NCBI RefSeq assembly: GCF_006345805.1
Contig: NW_021825501.1
Coordinates: forward strand, 1-15,660
Direction: 5' to 3'
Source of the DNA: Octopus sinensis
Taxonomy: Eukaryota
Length of the DNA stretch: 15,660 bases
The notes beneath the pieces are model-generated. The model was not told the DNA's origin and made no database searches. It saw only the letters and a list, made by a program, of their open reading frames with translations. Shown here one piece after another: positions 1 through 9,869 of the stretch. The position numbers and the translations under genes were made by a program. The number at the start of each line of letters is the position of its first letter. The stretch's first letter is position 1.

Positions 1-1279
1 AATAGGATCTTATGAAATGAGATAACTGAATGGAGATATTTATTAAAGAATCGGGTTGTTACAAGAAATAGTACAAGTATAATGTTACAATCAATGCTAC
101 TTGACAAGGCTTTCTGTTATATATTTCAATATGTCGTGGAAATAGCCTCGCGTCTTTGAAATAGAAATTCTGAAAGACCGATATTTCTGAAAATTATCCT
201 GTTTTGGTCATCAGTTCCTGACTACAAAACATTCTTATAAAACAAACGGCGAATAAGAACCACCAACATATTAGGTCTCTTATTTACTGTATGTCTGGTG
301 AGCTGTGCTATATCTAATAAAATAAAACAATTGCTTTGTCTGTTTCGACGCACATTAATCATGGTAAGCCTCGTGTATTTGCATAAAATAGCCTAACATA
401 TATAGTTTCAAAGGGAGACTGTTAAAGAGTTTAATAAATGATATAATACCATTCAGAAAATAAAAATAATCATGAAAAACATCATTGCATTCAAACTACT
501 CAAAATAACTTTCTCACTTTCTCCTTATGATGCAGTTATAAATTATGAGTACAATGGGAAATCACGGGAAGGTGAAATAAAATTCATGCATCACAAATCT
601 CAAATTGAAATTGAACATAAATAATAGCAACCACTTTCATTTGACGGTGCACCGGTGTTATATTCACCTGCTAGGTTGTATGATTAACCGTAGGAAGTAA
701 AGATGAATATAATTTTCTCAAACTGATATGTACTTGGCAGTCTCTTTCGTGAATTCCTGCTCACAGGCTTTAGATAATGAACAATAAATTTAATATTAAT
801 AAAATATTTAGTATTTATAAGATAATTTGTGCATCCATCCAATTAATAGCTCGGAGTGATACGAAATATACAGAAGAGAAGTTTGACTTGTGGCCAGTTA
901 AACACACACATACACACACAGAGGGTATGGTACTAATATCAAAGTGGGGGCACAGAATCTCTTGGAAACAATTACTTCAGGTGTAGATTTCAAACATATC
1001 TAAACAACCAAAAGGAAGCCAAGCAATGGTAACTTTAATGGGAATTATTAAATACCTACTCGAATTCGCTAAATTCTAAACGGAGGTTGTTACATTTGTT
1101 TGCGGTTGTAATATTTGGGTTTATGGAGAGAAAAGGGTATTCGTTGCAAATGTAATGAAAATGGAACTCAAACCAGGGAGAGATGAAATGTAGCCTCAAT
1201 AGTCTCCGTTCCCAACACATTTAGCTACAGCCCCAGCAACGACATTCACATAGGAATCAGTGCATACGTAGTTACTTCA

Positions 1280-1484
1280 TATTCTTTTACTCATTTGACT
1301 GCGGCCATGCTGGAGCAACGCCTTTAGTCGAGCAAATCGAACCCAGGATTTATTCTTTGTAAGCCTAATACTTATTCCATCGGTCTCTTTAGCCGAACCG
1401 CTAAGTTTCGGGGATGTAAACACACCAGCATTGGTTGTCAAGTGATGTTGGTAGGACAAACACAGACACACAAACACACACACA

Positions 1485-1537
<53 letters not shown>

Positions 1538-1538
1538 A

Positions 1539-1581
<43 letters not shown>

Positions 1582-1603
1582 CATACATATATACGATGGG
1601 CTT
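1280..1603 (-). mobile_element. SINE central and 3' part with internal (TA)n/(TG)n microsatellite
   Basis: Minus strand reads AAGCCCATCGTATA, then (TA)n(TG)n, then GTGTCTGTGTTTGTCCTACCAACATCACTTGACAACCAATGCTGGTGTGTTTACATCCCCGAAACTTAGCGGTTCGGC...CTCCAGCATGGCCGCAGTCAAATGAGTAAAAGAATA. The 3' block is homologous to 6979-7147, and the AAGCCCATCGT anchor recurs at ~11349-11360. Confidence 0.85.
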
Positions 1604-1849
1604 ATATATATATATATATATATATAAGCGAGATGTCCACGTAGTGGACATCTATTATGCTAGAAGTAGATCCACTATGGTCTTACCACTAAGAAAGGAA
1701 TGTTCTTGGGAACATTTTATGTGTATGTAATATAATTTTTCTGAATCTTCAGATTTTAATATGCTGGACCACTGATTTTAAATTGATATTAATCGAATTA
1801 ATATTCAATTTTTTTACCCTTATTTTAAAGTTATATATATATATATATA

Positions 1850-2311
1850 CGAGGGAGTACTCGCAAAAGAAACAAGAATTTTGCAATATTATTTTCGCTT
1901 AGTTTTACATGTTTACACTTTTATCGCCTTTAGAGTGTTCTTCATTTGAAGCAATGCATCAATCTAGATGCATTTTCCACTATTCGAAACAGTGCTGGAA
2001 CTTCTGCAAAGTAATGCCATTAAGCACCGCCTTTGTTGTTTTTTTTACTTCATCGCTTCCACATCGGCAAATTCCGTGGCACCAGCTTTCGTCACTAGTA
2101 GTGAACTTGGAAGAAAGTCCGGATCAACTTCGAACTCTTCTTTCAGTTTACGACACGCATTCAGTCGTGACTGCTTTTGATCTTCCGTGAGCAAGGGAGG
2201 CACATGTTTTGCAGCACGTTATAACAAAACGATGCGAAGCGGCAAAAGCCTAAACTTCAACGGGTTTGTCCCACAAAGAGCGTTTCTGGTTACTTGGGGG
2301 TTATCCCCTCA
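1850..2311 (-). mobile_element. Internally deleted (non-autonomous) mariner transposon, 462 bp, with both TIRs
   Basis: TA|CGAGGGAGTAC at 1848 and CCCCTCA|TA at 2305-2313 give imperfect TIRs with TA flanks. Minus strand translates to RAAKHVPPLLTEDQKQSRLNACRKLKEEFEVDPDFL../TTSDESWC (WVPHEL-like linker plus first catalytic D), joined to the C-terminus FADVE..KTTKAVLNGITLQKFQHCFE*WKMHLD*CIASNEEHSKGD. Confidence 0.9.
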
Positions 2312-2354
2312 TATATTATATATAGATATATATATATATATATATATTATATAG

Positions 2355-2753
2355 TACATATATTTTTTAATAATATATTATTATTATTAATATAAGGAAA
2401 TCAATATCAAATTTTTCACAAAGATATACCCATATGAAAGACTTTATGTATTAAAATATATATAGATAAATAAATAAATATTAAAAATATAAATATAGTT
2501 AAGTCAAGTTAAGTTAAGTTAAATATGATGTATAAAATAAATTTGAAAGTTAAAAAGTTTTGAATTTTGTTTTTAAGCATCTTTTTAAACTTTCAAATTT
2601 ATTTTATACATCATATTTATATTTTTAATATTTATTTATTTATTTATATATATTTTTAATACATAAAATCTTTCATATGGGTATATCTTTGTGAAAAATT
2701 TGATATTTATTTCCTTATATTAATAATAATAATATATTTTTTTAAATATATGT
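2355..2753. repeat. Long near-perfect inverted repeat (foldback), arms ~170-200 bp, ~23 nt loop
   Basis: 2371-2557 is the reverse complement of 2581-2737, e.g. TTTTTCACAAAGATATACCCATATGAAAGA versus TCTTTCATATGGGTATATCTTTGTGAAAAA. The left arm carries an extra (AAGTT)n-like insert at ~2497-2520. Loop is 2558-2580. Confidence 0.95.
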
Positions 2754-2885
2754 ATATATCGCTCATATTAAATATACAAATACTTTAATAGTATTAATAT
2801 TATTTTATACAATGGAGCACTAATATAAATTCAGTATATAATATTCTTATTGAATATATTTACCTATGAATTATATATTATTATT

Positions 2886-2962
<77 letters not shown>
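2886..2962. repeat. (TA)n microsatellite
   Basis: Direct reading. Confidence 0.95.
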
Positions 2963-2965
<3 letters not shown>

Positions 2966-3000
2966 TCTTCCACTATAGCTTGATAACAGGTTTTGTTTCT

Positions 3001-3030
3001 GTCGCTGTAACTTAGCGATTCGGCAATAAA
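3001..3030 (+). mobile_element. Tiny SINE 3'-module fragment
   Basis: TGTAACTTAGCGATTCGGCAA matches the SINE block at ~1390-1416 (-) and ~7037-7065 (+). Confidence 0.45.
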
Positions 3031-3269
3031 AAATGCCCAAAGAATATGATGATCGTCAGTGCATGCTTAATCAAAACACATAAACATGAACAAAAAATCA
3101 ACATACCAGACGAACACCAAATGTATCCAGCATAGTATATAGAATTGTTCATGAAATCATGTGATGTGGGGCTGAATCTGGTTTTAAAAGGCACGCGTTC
3201 GGTACGATGTGTTTATTATGGTAGTTTTGACTTTAAGCGTCCTTCCTAGCATGAGGCATTTATGCCCTT

Positions 3270-3487
3270 ATTACAAATATAAATATATATATATATATAC
3301 ATACATATATAAACACATATGAATAAAAACACACACACGGGCATGTGTGTATATGTGTATATATGCATATATATATATATATATATATATTACATACATA
3401 TATATATATATATATTGTGTGTGTGTATACATATATATGTTTACATAATATATATATATACATAAACATATATATATATGTGGTGTG

Positions 3488-3562
<75 letters not shown>

Positions 3563-3915
3563 ATATGTATATATATATATAGCATACGTATATATAATAT
3601 ATATACATATATATATATATATATATGCATATATATATATATAATATATATAATACATACATATATATCTATATATGTGTGTGTGTGTATACATATATAT
3701 GTACATATATATATAGATATACATAAACATATATTATATGTGTGTGTGTGTATATACATATATATATTAATTATATATATATATGTGATATATATATATA
3801 ATATAATATATATATATTATATATATATATTATATACATATATATATACATACGTATATATATATATATATACATATAATATATATATATAGCATATATA
3901 TATATACACACACAC
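3270..3915. repeat. Long degenerate (TA)n array with TG/CA interruptions
   Basis: Direct reading; source of the YIYI ORFs in the track. Confidence 0.95.
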
Positions 3916-3924
3916 TTATACATT

Positions 3925-4236
3925 GATGTGGGTTGGTTGTTCCTTATCGAGCCACGCCTGGCTCATTAGGGCCGGTTTCCCGGTTTCTTTGGCGTATAGG
4001 TTCCCCATCTGGACGGGACGCCGGTCCGTCGCAGGTGAGCTGCAAGATGCAGGAGGAAAGAGTTAGAGAAAGTTGTGGCGAAAGAGTCAGCAGAAGTTCG
4101 CCATTACCTTCTGTCGGAGCCGCGTGGAGCTTAGGTGTTTCGCTCATAAACACACACATCGCCCGGTCTGAGATTCGAACGCACGGTCCCTTAACCGCGA
4201 GTCTGCTGCTCTAAACAGTAGGCCATGTGCCTCCAC
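3925..4236 (-). mobile_element. Full-length tRNA-derived SINE (~310 bp)
   Basis: Minus strand: GGAGGCACATGGCCTACTGTTTAG (degenerate A box)...GTTCGAATCT (B box), then body, then a 3' block GCGACGGACCGGCGTCCCGTCCAG...AGAAACCGGGAAACCGGCCCTAATGAGCC shared with the SINE at 14306-14559. Confidence 0.9.
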
Positions 4237-4464
4237 GTGTATTGATGTAGATGCATGAAAATGATTACACCTACACAAACACATATTTGCATCTATGTGT
4301 GTATGTAAAGAGAGCGGTCCACACACTCACACATATACACTCACAAACACACATATGCTGACACATACAGATAAACAAAAACAGAGACAGAGTGAATGCA
4401 TGAATTAATGAATTAAAGAAATAGTAAAGAAATTGTGTGAGAGCGAAGAGTAGGTACAGATAGT

Positions 4465-4470
4465 ATATAT

Positions 4471-4527
<57 letters not shown>
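4465..4527. repeat. (TA)n microsatellite
   Basis: Direct reading. Confidence 0.95.
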
Positions 4528-4529
<2 letters not shown>

Positions 4530-4531
<2 letters not shown>

Positions 4532-4843
4532 CCGTAATAATGAAGGGTGAAATAAATAATTTGGAATAATTATCAATTACACCAAGTAGTCTTCGGCATG
4601 TAAAAGCCTCATTCGAGGAAAATTTAAGTAATATTAAGCTTGATTTCGAAACGTGCGTCCGTAGATAACTTAAAATTGTATGATAGATTGCCGTCAATTC
4701 ATTCTCTCTTACCTGTTTGTGTCTGCCTTCCAATTGCTGTTTTTACTGAGATCTCCCTTTTTAGTAGAAGAAATAGCTATAACTCTTTGACTGCTATTTC
4801 TGTGGTAAGGCAATTCGTTGCTAAACCCTTTATTGCTATATAT
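4530..4843 (+). mobile_element. Dispersed repeat, probable PLE terminal-repeat remnant, flanked by (TA)n
   Basis: 4530-4620 resembles 6325-6420 (shared ACCAAGTAGT(C)TTCGG(C/T)ATG). 4640-4843 is colinear with 6650 to 6448 (-): GAAACG(T)GCGTCCGTA...TTCATT..CTTACCT...GAAATAG...CTGCT...TGTGGT..GCAA..GTTGCTAAACCCTT. Confidence 0.6.
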
Positions 4844-5081
4844 ATATATATAAATATAGATATTATATGAAAATATTTGAGTATATATATATGTATATAT
4901 ATATGTGTGTGTGTGTGTATATATATACATATATATATATTATATATGTGTGTGTGTAACATATATACACTTAAATATACGCGCACGCCACACATATATA
5001 TATACACTATACCTGTTCCACATCCTCGCGTTGTTGTGTTTTCTCTTTGTGTTTTCATGTTTGGATTAGAGTTATATATAT

Positions 5082-5115
<34 letters not shown>

Positions 5116-5290
5116 TGAGAATATAAATGTATATATAACATTTATATATATATGTATGTGATATAATATAATATATGGTATATATGTATATATATATATA
5201 TATATAATATAATAATATATAGATATATATATATATATATATATTAATATATATATATAATATATAATATCTATATATCTACATACATAG
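4844..5290. repeat. Degenerate (TA)n/(TG)n low-complexity region
   Basis: Direct reading. Confidence 0.9.
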
Positions 5291-6324
5291 ACACACATTG
5301 TGTTCGTAGGCGTCCGTCTGTTTGTGTTGTGACTGCATATGTGAGTTTTTTGACTTGTGTGAATATGTGTGTGTATCTTGAAGTGAAATAGCTTCTGGTC
5401 TTTTGTTTTTCCTATTTATTAAATGAACTTCGTTTAGATATGTTTTCCTTACTGATTTCATTGTTTCCTCTTATCAGAATTAAATGCTGGTTGCCACATA
5501 ATAAACGGGAGAGGAAAAAAAACTAAACTATATTCTCGATATCTAGGTTTCGTCGAAAAGTAAAATATACTAACAGCTGACATATTTGTTCCAACATATA
5601 TAGTCTCTCACTTCAATGTATGTTTTATATACTTTCTTGTCATGTCTTCTATTTAATACATTTATCATCCTCCATTTTATTCCAAATCCCTCCTGGACCT
5701 TTTATTTCAACTATATATAGATTGGATGTCAATCAAGACACAAGAAAATTACATATCGAGACTACTTACTTGAAATTTCCTCAGGGGCGCAATATTGAAA
5801 ATAGCACAGAAGTACGTTTGTCAAAACTTTTCTTAATTATGATGAGATTATTCATTTATTTATATGCTTATTTATTTGTGTTTGAAGCATGGCCGTATCG
5901 TCTTTGTTAACTCTTAATTTCGGAATGAACTTATTTCTTTCTTGCAATATATAACACTTAACTAACCAGTGCTGATTTCTACAAACAGCTACGTTCAGGC
6001 TATGTGTACTATAGAATATATGCATGAGTTATATCTACATATACTTTTAGTCTACGCACGCACATGTTTGTAGGAACATCTATTCATATATATGTCATAT
6101 CAATTATATGCATGTGTATGATTTAAATGTATGTATGTGTACACAAATGGAAAAAATAGAGTAGAGAATGTCTATAACCCCATATCCAGCAGCAAGATGA
6201 CACCAGGTAGCGGATAACTATGGCGTGCTTTTCAAGGCATTCTACAATATTACTTAGCCTTATATATGAATGCATATATATACGTCTGAAAGCATTATAT
6301 ATATATATATATTTATTTATTACA

Positions 6325-6420
6325 GATACAGGGTAAAGAATTATTAATTTAATAAAGTAATAAATTTTACCAAGTAGTTTCGGTATGGAAAAGAACCATA
6401 TTTGGTAAAAACTGATACAA
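6325..6420 (+). repeat. Partial copy of the 4530-4620 dispersed repeat
   Basis: AGGGT.AA...AAT...AATT..ACCAAGTAGTTTCGGTATG.AAAG aligns by eye to 4545-4605. Confidence 0.55.
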
Positions 6421-6447
6421 AAAGTATTTTTTTTTTATATATATAAT

Positions 6448-6891
6448 TATAGTAATAATTAAGGGTTTAGCAACAAGTTGCTTAACCACATACCGAAAAT
6501 TTAGAAAGAGCAGCCAAAAGACCACTATTTCTTTTTCCTATAAAATATGTCTCCGCAGATAACAATATTTGTAACTCGCATAGGTAAAAAGAAGAAAAAT
6601 AATGAAATCAAACAGTCTTCGATTAATTACGGACGCGTTTCTGGATTAGAATTTTTTAAAATTCATTTCCTTTGTCAACATAATATTTCGAGAATTATAA
6701 ATTTGAAAATGCTAGGAAAACTTACCCTTTGCATTTCTGATCACATGCCATCAGAACATAACACATGTGAGTTACAAATATTGTTATCTGTGGAGACATA
6801 TTTTGTAGGAAAAAGAAATAGCAGTCTTTTGGCTGCTATTTTAAAATTTTCGGTATGTGGTGAAGCAACTTTTTGCTAAACCCTTAATTAT

Positions 6892-6898
<7 letters not shown>
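6448..6898. mobile_element. 451-bp element with ~134-bp terminal inverted repeats (MITE-like or inverted PLE terminal repeat)
   Basis: 6448-6581 (TATAGTAATAATTAAGGGTTTAGCAACAAGTTGC...GTAACTCGCAT) is the reverse complement of 6765-6898 with scattered mismatches. Spacer is ~183 bp. The right end runs into (TA)n. Confidence 0.85.
6626..6684 (-). ncRNA. Candidate minimal type I hammerhead ribozyme (U3-A8 core, imperfect stem II base)
   Basis: Minus strand: ATTATG-TTGACAA-aGGA..GAATTT taaa AAATTC..TCCa-GAAA-C GC G-T-C-CGTAAT. Stem I is ATTATG/CGTAAT, stem III is the palindrome ACGCGT, the cleavage triplet is GUC, and there is an A.A mismatch at 10.1-11.1. Confidence 0.5.
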
Positions 6899-6961
<63 letters not shown>

Positions 6962-6978
6962 ATATATGTATGTATTTA

Positions 6979-7147
6979 TGTGTCTGTGTTTGTCCTCCAC
7001 CATCGCTTTACAATCGAAGCTGGTGTGTTTACGTCCCAGTTATTTAGCGATTCGGGAAAAGAGACCGACAGAATAAACCGATTTGTTCGGATAAAAGCGG
7101 TGCTCCAACATGGCCGCATTCAAATGACTGAAACAAGAAAAAGAATA
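6979..7147 (+). mobile_element. SINE 3' module
   Basis: TGTGTCTGTGTTTGTCCTCCACCATCGC...GCTGGTGTGTTTACGTCCC...GGTGCTCCAACATGGCCGCATTCAAATGACTGAAACAAGAAAAAGAATA, homologous to 1280-1475 (-) with an internal deletion. Confidence 0.85.
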
Positions 7148-7157
7148 TATTATACAT

Positions 7158-7199
<42 letters not shown>

Positions 7200-7284
7200 C
7201 GTGTGTGTGTGTGTATATGTGTGTATATGTGTGTGCGTATGTGTGTGCGTGTTTGTATGTGTGTGTTTGTTTGTGTGTGTGTCT

Positions 7285-7410
7285 GTGATATGCTTCCAAG
7301 CTGTTTCCGCCTAATGAATTCACTCACAAGGTATCGGTCCAACTGGGACCATGGTAGAAGGCACTTGCTCAAGGTGCCGAGTGGTGGAATTGAATCCGAA
7401 ACCAAATGGA
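7285..7410 (-). mobile_element. SINE 5' part (B box plus CORE-like segment)
   Basis: Minus strand: GGATTCAATTCC (B box)-ACCACTCGGCACCTTGAGCAAGTGCCTTCTAC (CORE-like)...CCTTGTGAGTGAATTCATTAGGCGGAAAC, followed by (CA)n. Confidence 0.75.
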
Positions 7411-8372
7411 CACGGATCGAACCTGCTAATCCTGTAGCCAAGCTTGCACCAATGTTTACATCAATTTTCATAAGATAATTCGGTATTATCAGAAGAATAC
7501 ATGGATGCAAATCCTAACACATTTTTCTACCAGTTCGAGGTTCCCCGCTGGTGCAAAAACCCACGTAATTCTCCAAGGATTACAAGTGCCATACTAACAT
7601 TTTTATCCTTTTCCTTTTAGCTTCCATTTCTTATTTTATTATATATTTCTTTCAAGAAATATCCGCTTCGCAGATTACACAAGTAATACATTCAAAAAGG
7701 GGAAACAAACAGAATCATTCAATTGCAAAATGAAAAATGCTGTTGCATGATTTAATCTGTTTTAAGAAAATATCAGATATGTTAGAAGAACAATTTTTCT
7801 GGAATACATGAAAGTATATTGCCAGGAAACCACAGCGCGTGGTACAATATGTGTATATAATATATATCTATATATCCACTTGGCAGGCCAAAATAAACAA
7901 CAGAAGGAGAAGAAATATGCTTTAGGAGATCAGTAGGCTACAAATCAAAAGAGCGAGTGAGAAAAGTTATGTTTCTCAGGCAATTATTACAGATGGACTT
8001 ATATATATATTATAGATGGACTTTATATATACATATATGTATATATAAATACATATGGTTCATCTAAGATATATATATATATTGTATCATGGTTTATTTT
8101 ATATATATATTATGGTATATCTTATATTGTATTATGCTATATTATATATGTGAATATGCGTGTGTGTGTGGAGATAGAGAGAGGGCGAGATTAAGAGTGA
8201 TAGATAGATGCATGTATATATATATATATGTATATATATATATGTATATATATATGTATATATATATGTGTGTGTATGTGTGTGCATGTATATATATTAC
8301 ACGAGCGCGTACATTATCTGTGTGAAAGCGATATAAACTTAAAATAGGTTACTTATATTATTTTCTGCGCGC

Positions 8373-8419
<47 letters not shown>

Positions 8420-8994
8420 GCACGCGCGCGTGTGTGTGTGTGCATGCTGTATACTAGTGCGAACATTATCTGTATGACGGCGACATCGACTTAAGCCATG
8501 TTAGTGATATATTTTCGTGCAACATCTATGTTTCAGCGAATTATTCAAAAAGCAAGTTTAAAATCCGGAGACAGATCTTATAAAACATACACACACACAC
8601 ATTCGCTAACACTCACGGACTCGCACACGCACACGTACGCACACACGAATACAGAACCATTAACAGTAACACATATACGGACGACTCGAAAACCAGCATG
8701 AACAAAGCGTGTTTGTAGACTTGCCATTTCCCACACAACAAATAATATATAGCCATATAGCATCTTCCATCTGTCTTTCCCACATTGTTCGTCTTCAGTT
8801 ACTTACTTCTTACCAAACTTGCCATTCTAGTGATATGTTGGATGTCTTTTCTAGTTTTATTCCATCTTGTTTGGATCTCATTGTATTTCTTTTACTTTAT
8901 CGTTGTTTCTGACAGGTTATTTTTTTTTTTTTTGCACGTCAATACAAAAATCATGATATGATAAAGTGGTTAAGCATGCCGAGTAGCTGCAGGT

Positions 8995-9579
8995 CATACA
9001 TACATACATACATACATACATAACATACATACTTACATACATGCATACATACATACATACTTACATACATATATACATACATACATACATACATACATAC
9101 ATACATACATACAAGCATACATACATACATACATACATACATACTTACATACATGCATACATACATACATACATACATACATACATACATACATACATAC
9201 ATACATACATACATACATGCATACATGCATACATACATACATATATGCATACATACATACATACTTACATACATACATACTTACATACATACTTACATAC
9301 ATGCATACATACATACATACTTACATACATATATACATACATACATACATACATATATGCATGCATACATACATACATACATACTTACATACATACATAC
9401 TTACATACATGCATACATACATGCATACATACATACATACATACTTACATACATACATACATACATACATATATGCATGCATACATACATACTTACATAC
9501 ATACATACTTACATACATACTTACATACATGCATACATACATACATACTTACATACATACATACGTACATCATACATAT

Positions 9580-9655
<76 letters not shown>
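8995..9655. repeat. (TACA)n tetranucleotide array with TACT/TGCA/TATA variants, ending in (CA)n
   Basis: Direct reading; source of the HTYI/MYVC ORFs. Confidence 0.95.
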
Positions 9656-9657
<2 letters not shown>

Positions 9658-9696
9658 ATATATAGCTACGTACATGTAATTACATATAAGTTCATA

Positions 9697-9787
9697 TAGA
9701 TAGACTGATAGATAGATAGATATTATATATATATAGTTGGATAGATAGATAGATAGATAGATAGATAGGTAGTAGGTAGGTAGCAGG

Positions 9788-9831
<44 letters not shown>

Positions 9832-9838
9832 ATAGATC

Positions 9839-9869
<31 letters not shown>
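9697..9869. repeat. (GATA)n/(GGTA)n compound microsatellite at the 3' flank of the LINE
   Basis: Direct reading. Confidence 0.95.

Noticed and set aside
777-986. 69-aa ORF and other short ORFs in unique-looking AT-rich DNA (3012-3194, 5620-5910, 15066-15296)
   Set aside because: No recognisable motif, and lengths are in the range expected by chance.
3260-3892. Long ORFs rich in YI/HT/CV (also 1277-1651, 4709-5298, 6857-7288, 8951-9699, 10890-11409, 13249-13611)
   Set aside because: They are translations of stop-free microsatellites with no protein signal.
6365-6415. Hammerhead-like fold on the minus strand (TTTTACCAA..GGT..ACC-GAAA-CTAC-TTGGTAAAA), also 4575-4625
   Set aside because: Stems and GAAA are present, but there is no (C/U)UGANRA core and no stem III/NUH geometry.
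7990-8483. Short local duplications (AGATGGACTT twice; ACATTATCTGT twice)
   Set aside because: Consistent with slippage in low-complexity DNA, with no further structure.
8700-8915. Possible small host exon (GTAAGT on the minus strand; pyrimidine tract plus CAG on the plus strand)
   Set aside because: No consistent open frame or recognisable peptide, and splice-like motifs are common by chance. RNA-seq would be needed.
8995-9655. CRISPR-like or protein-coding repeat array
   Set aside because: Simple tetranucleotide repeat with no unique spacers, in a eukaryotic context.
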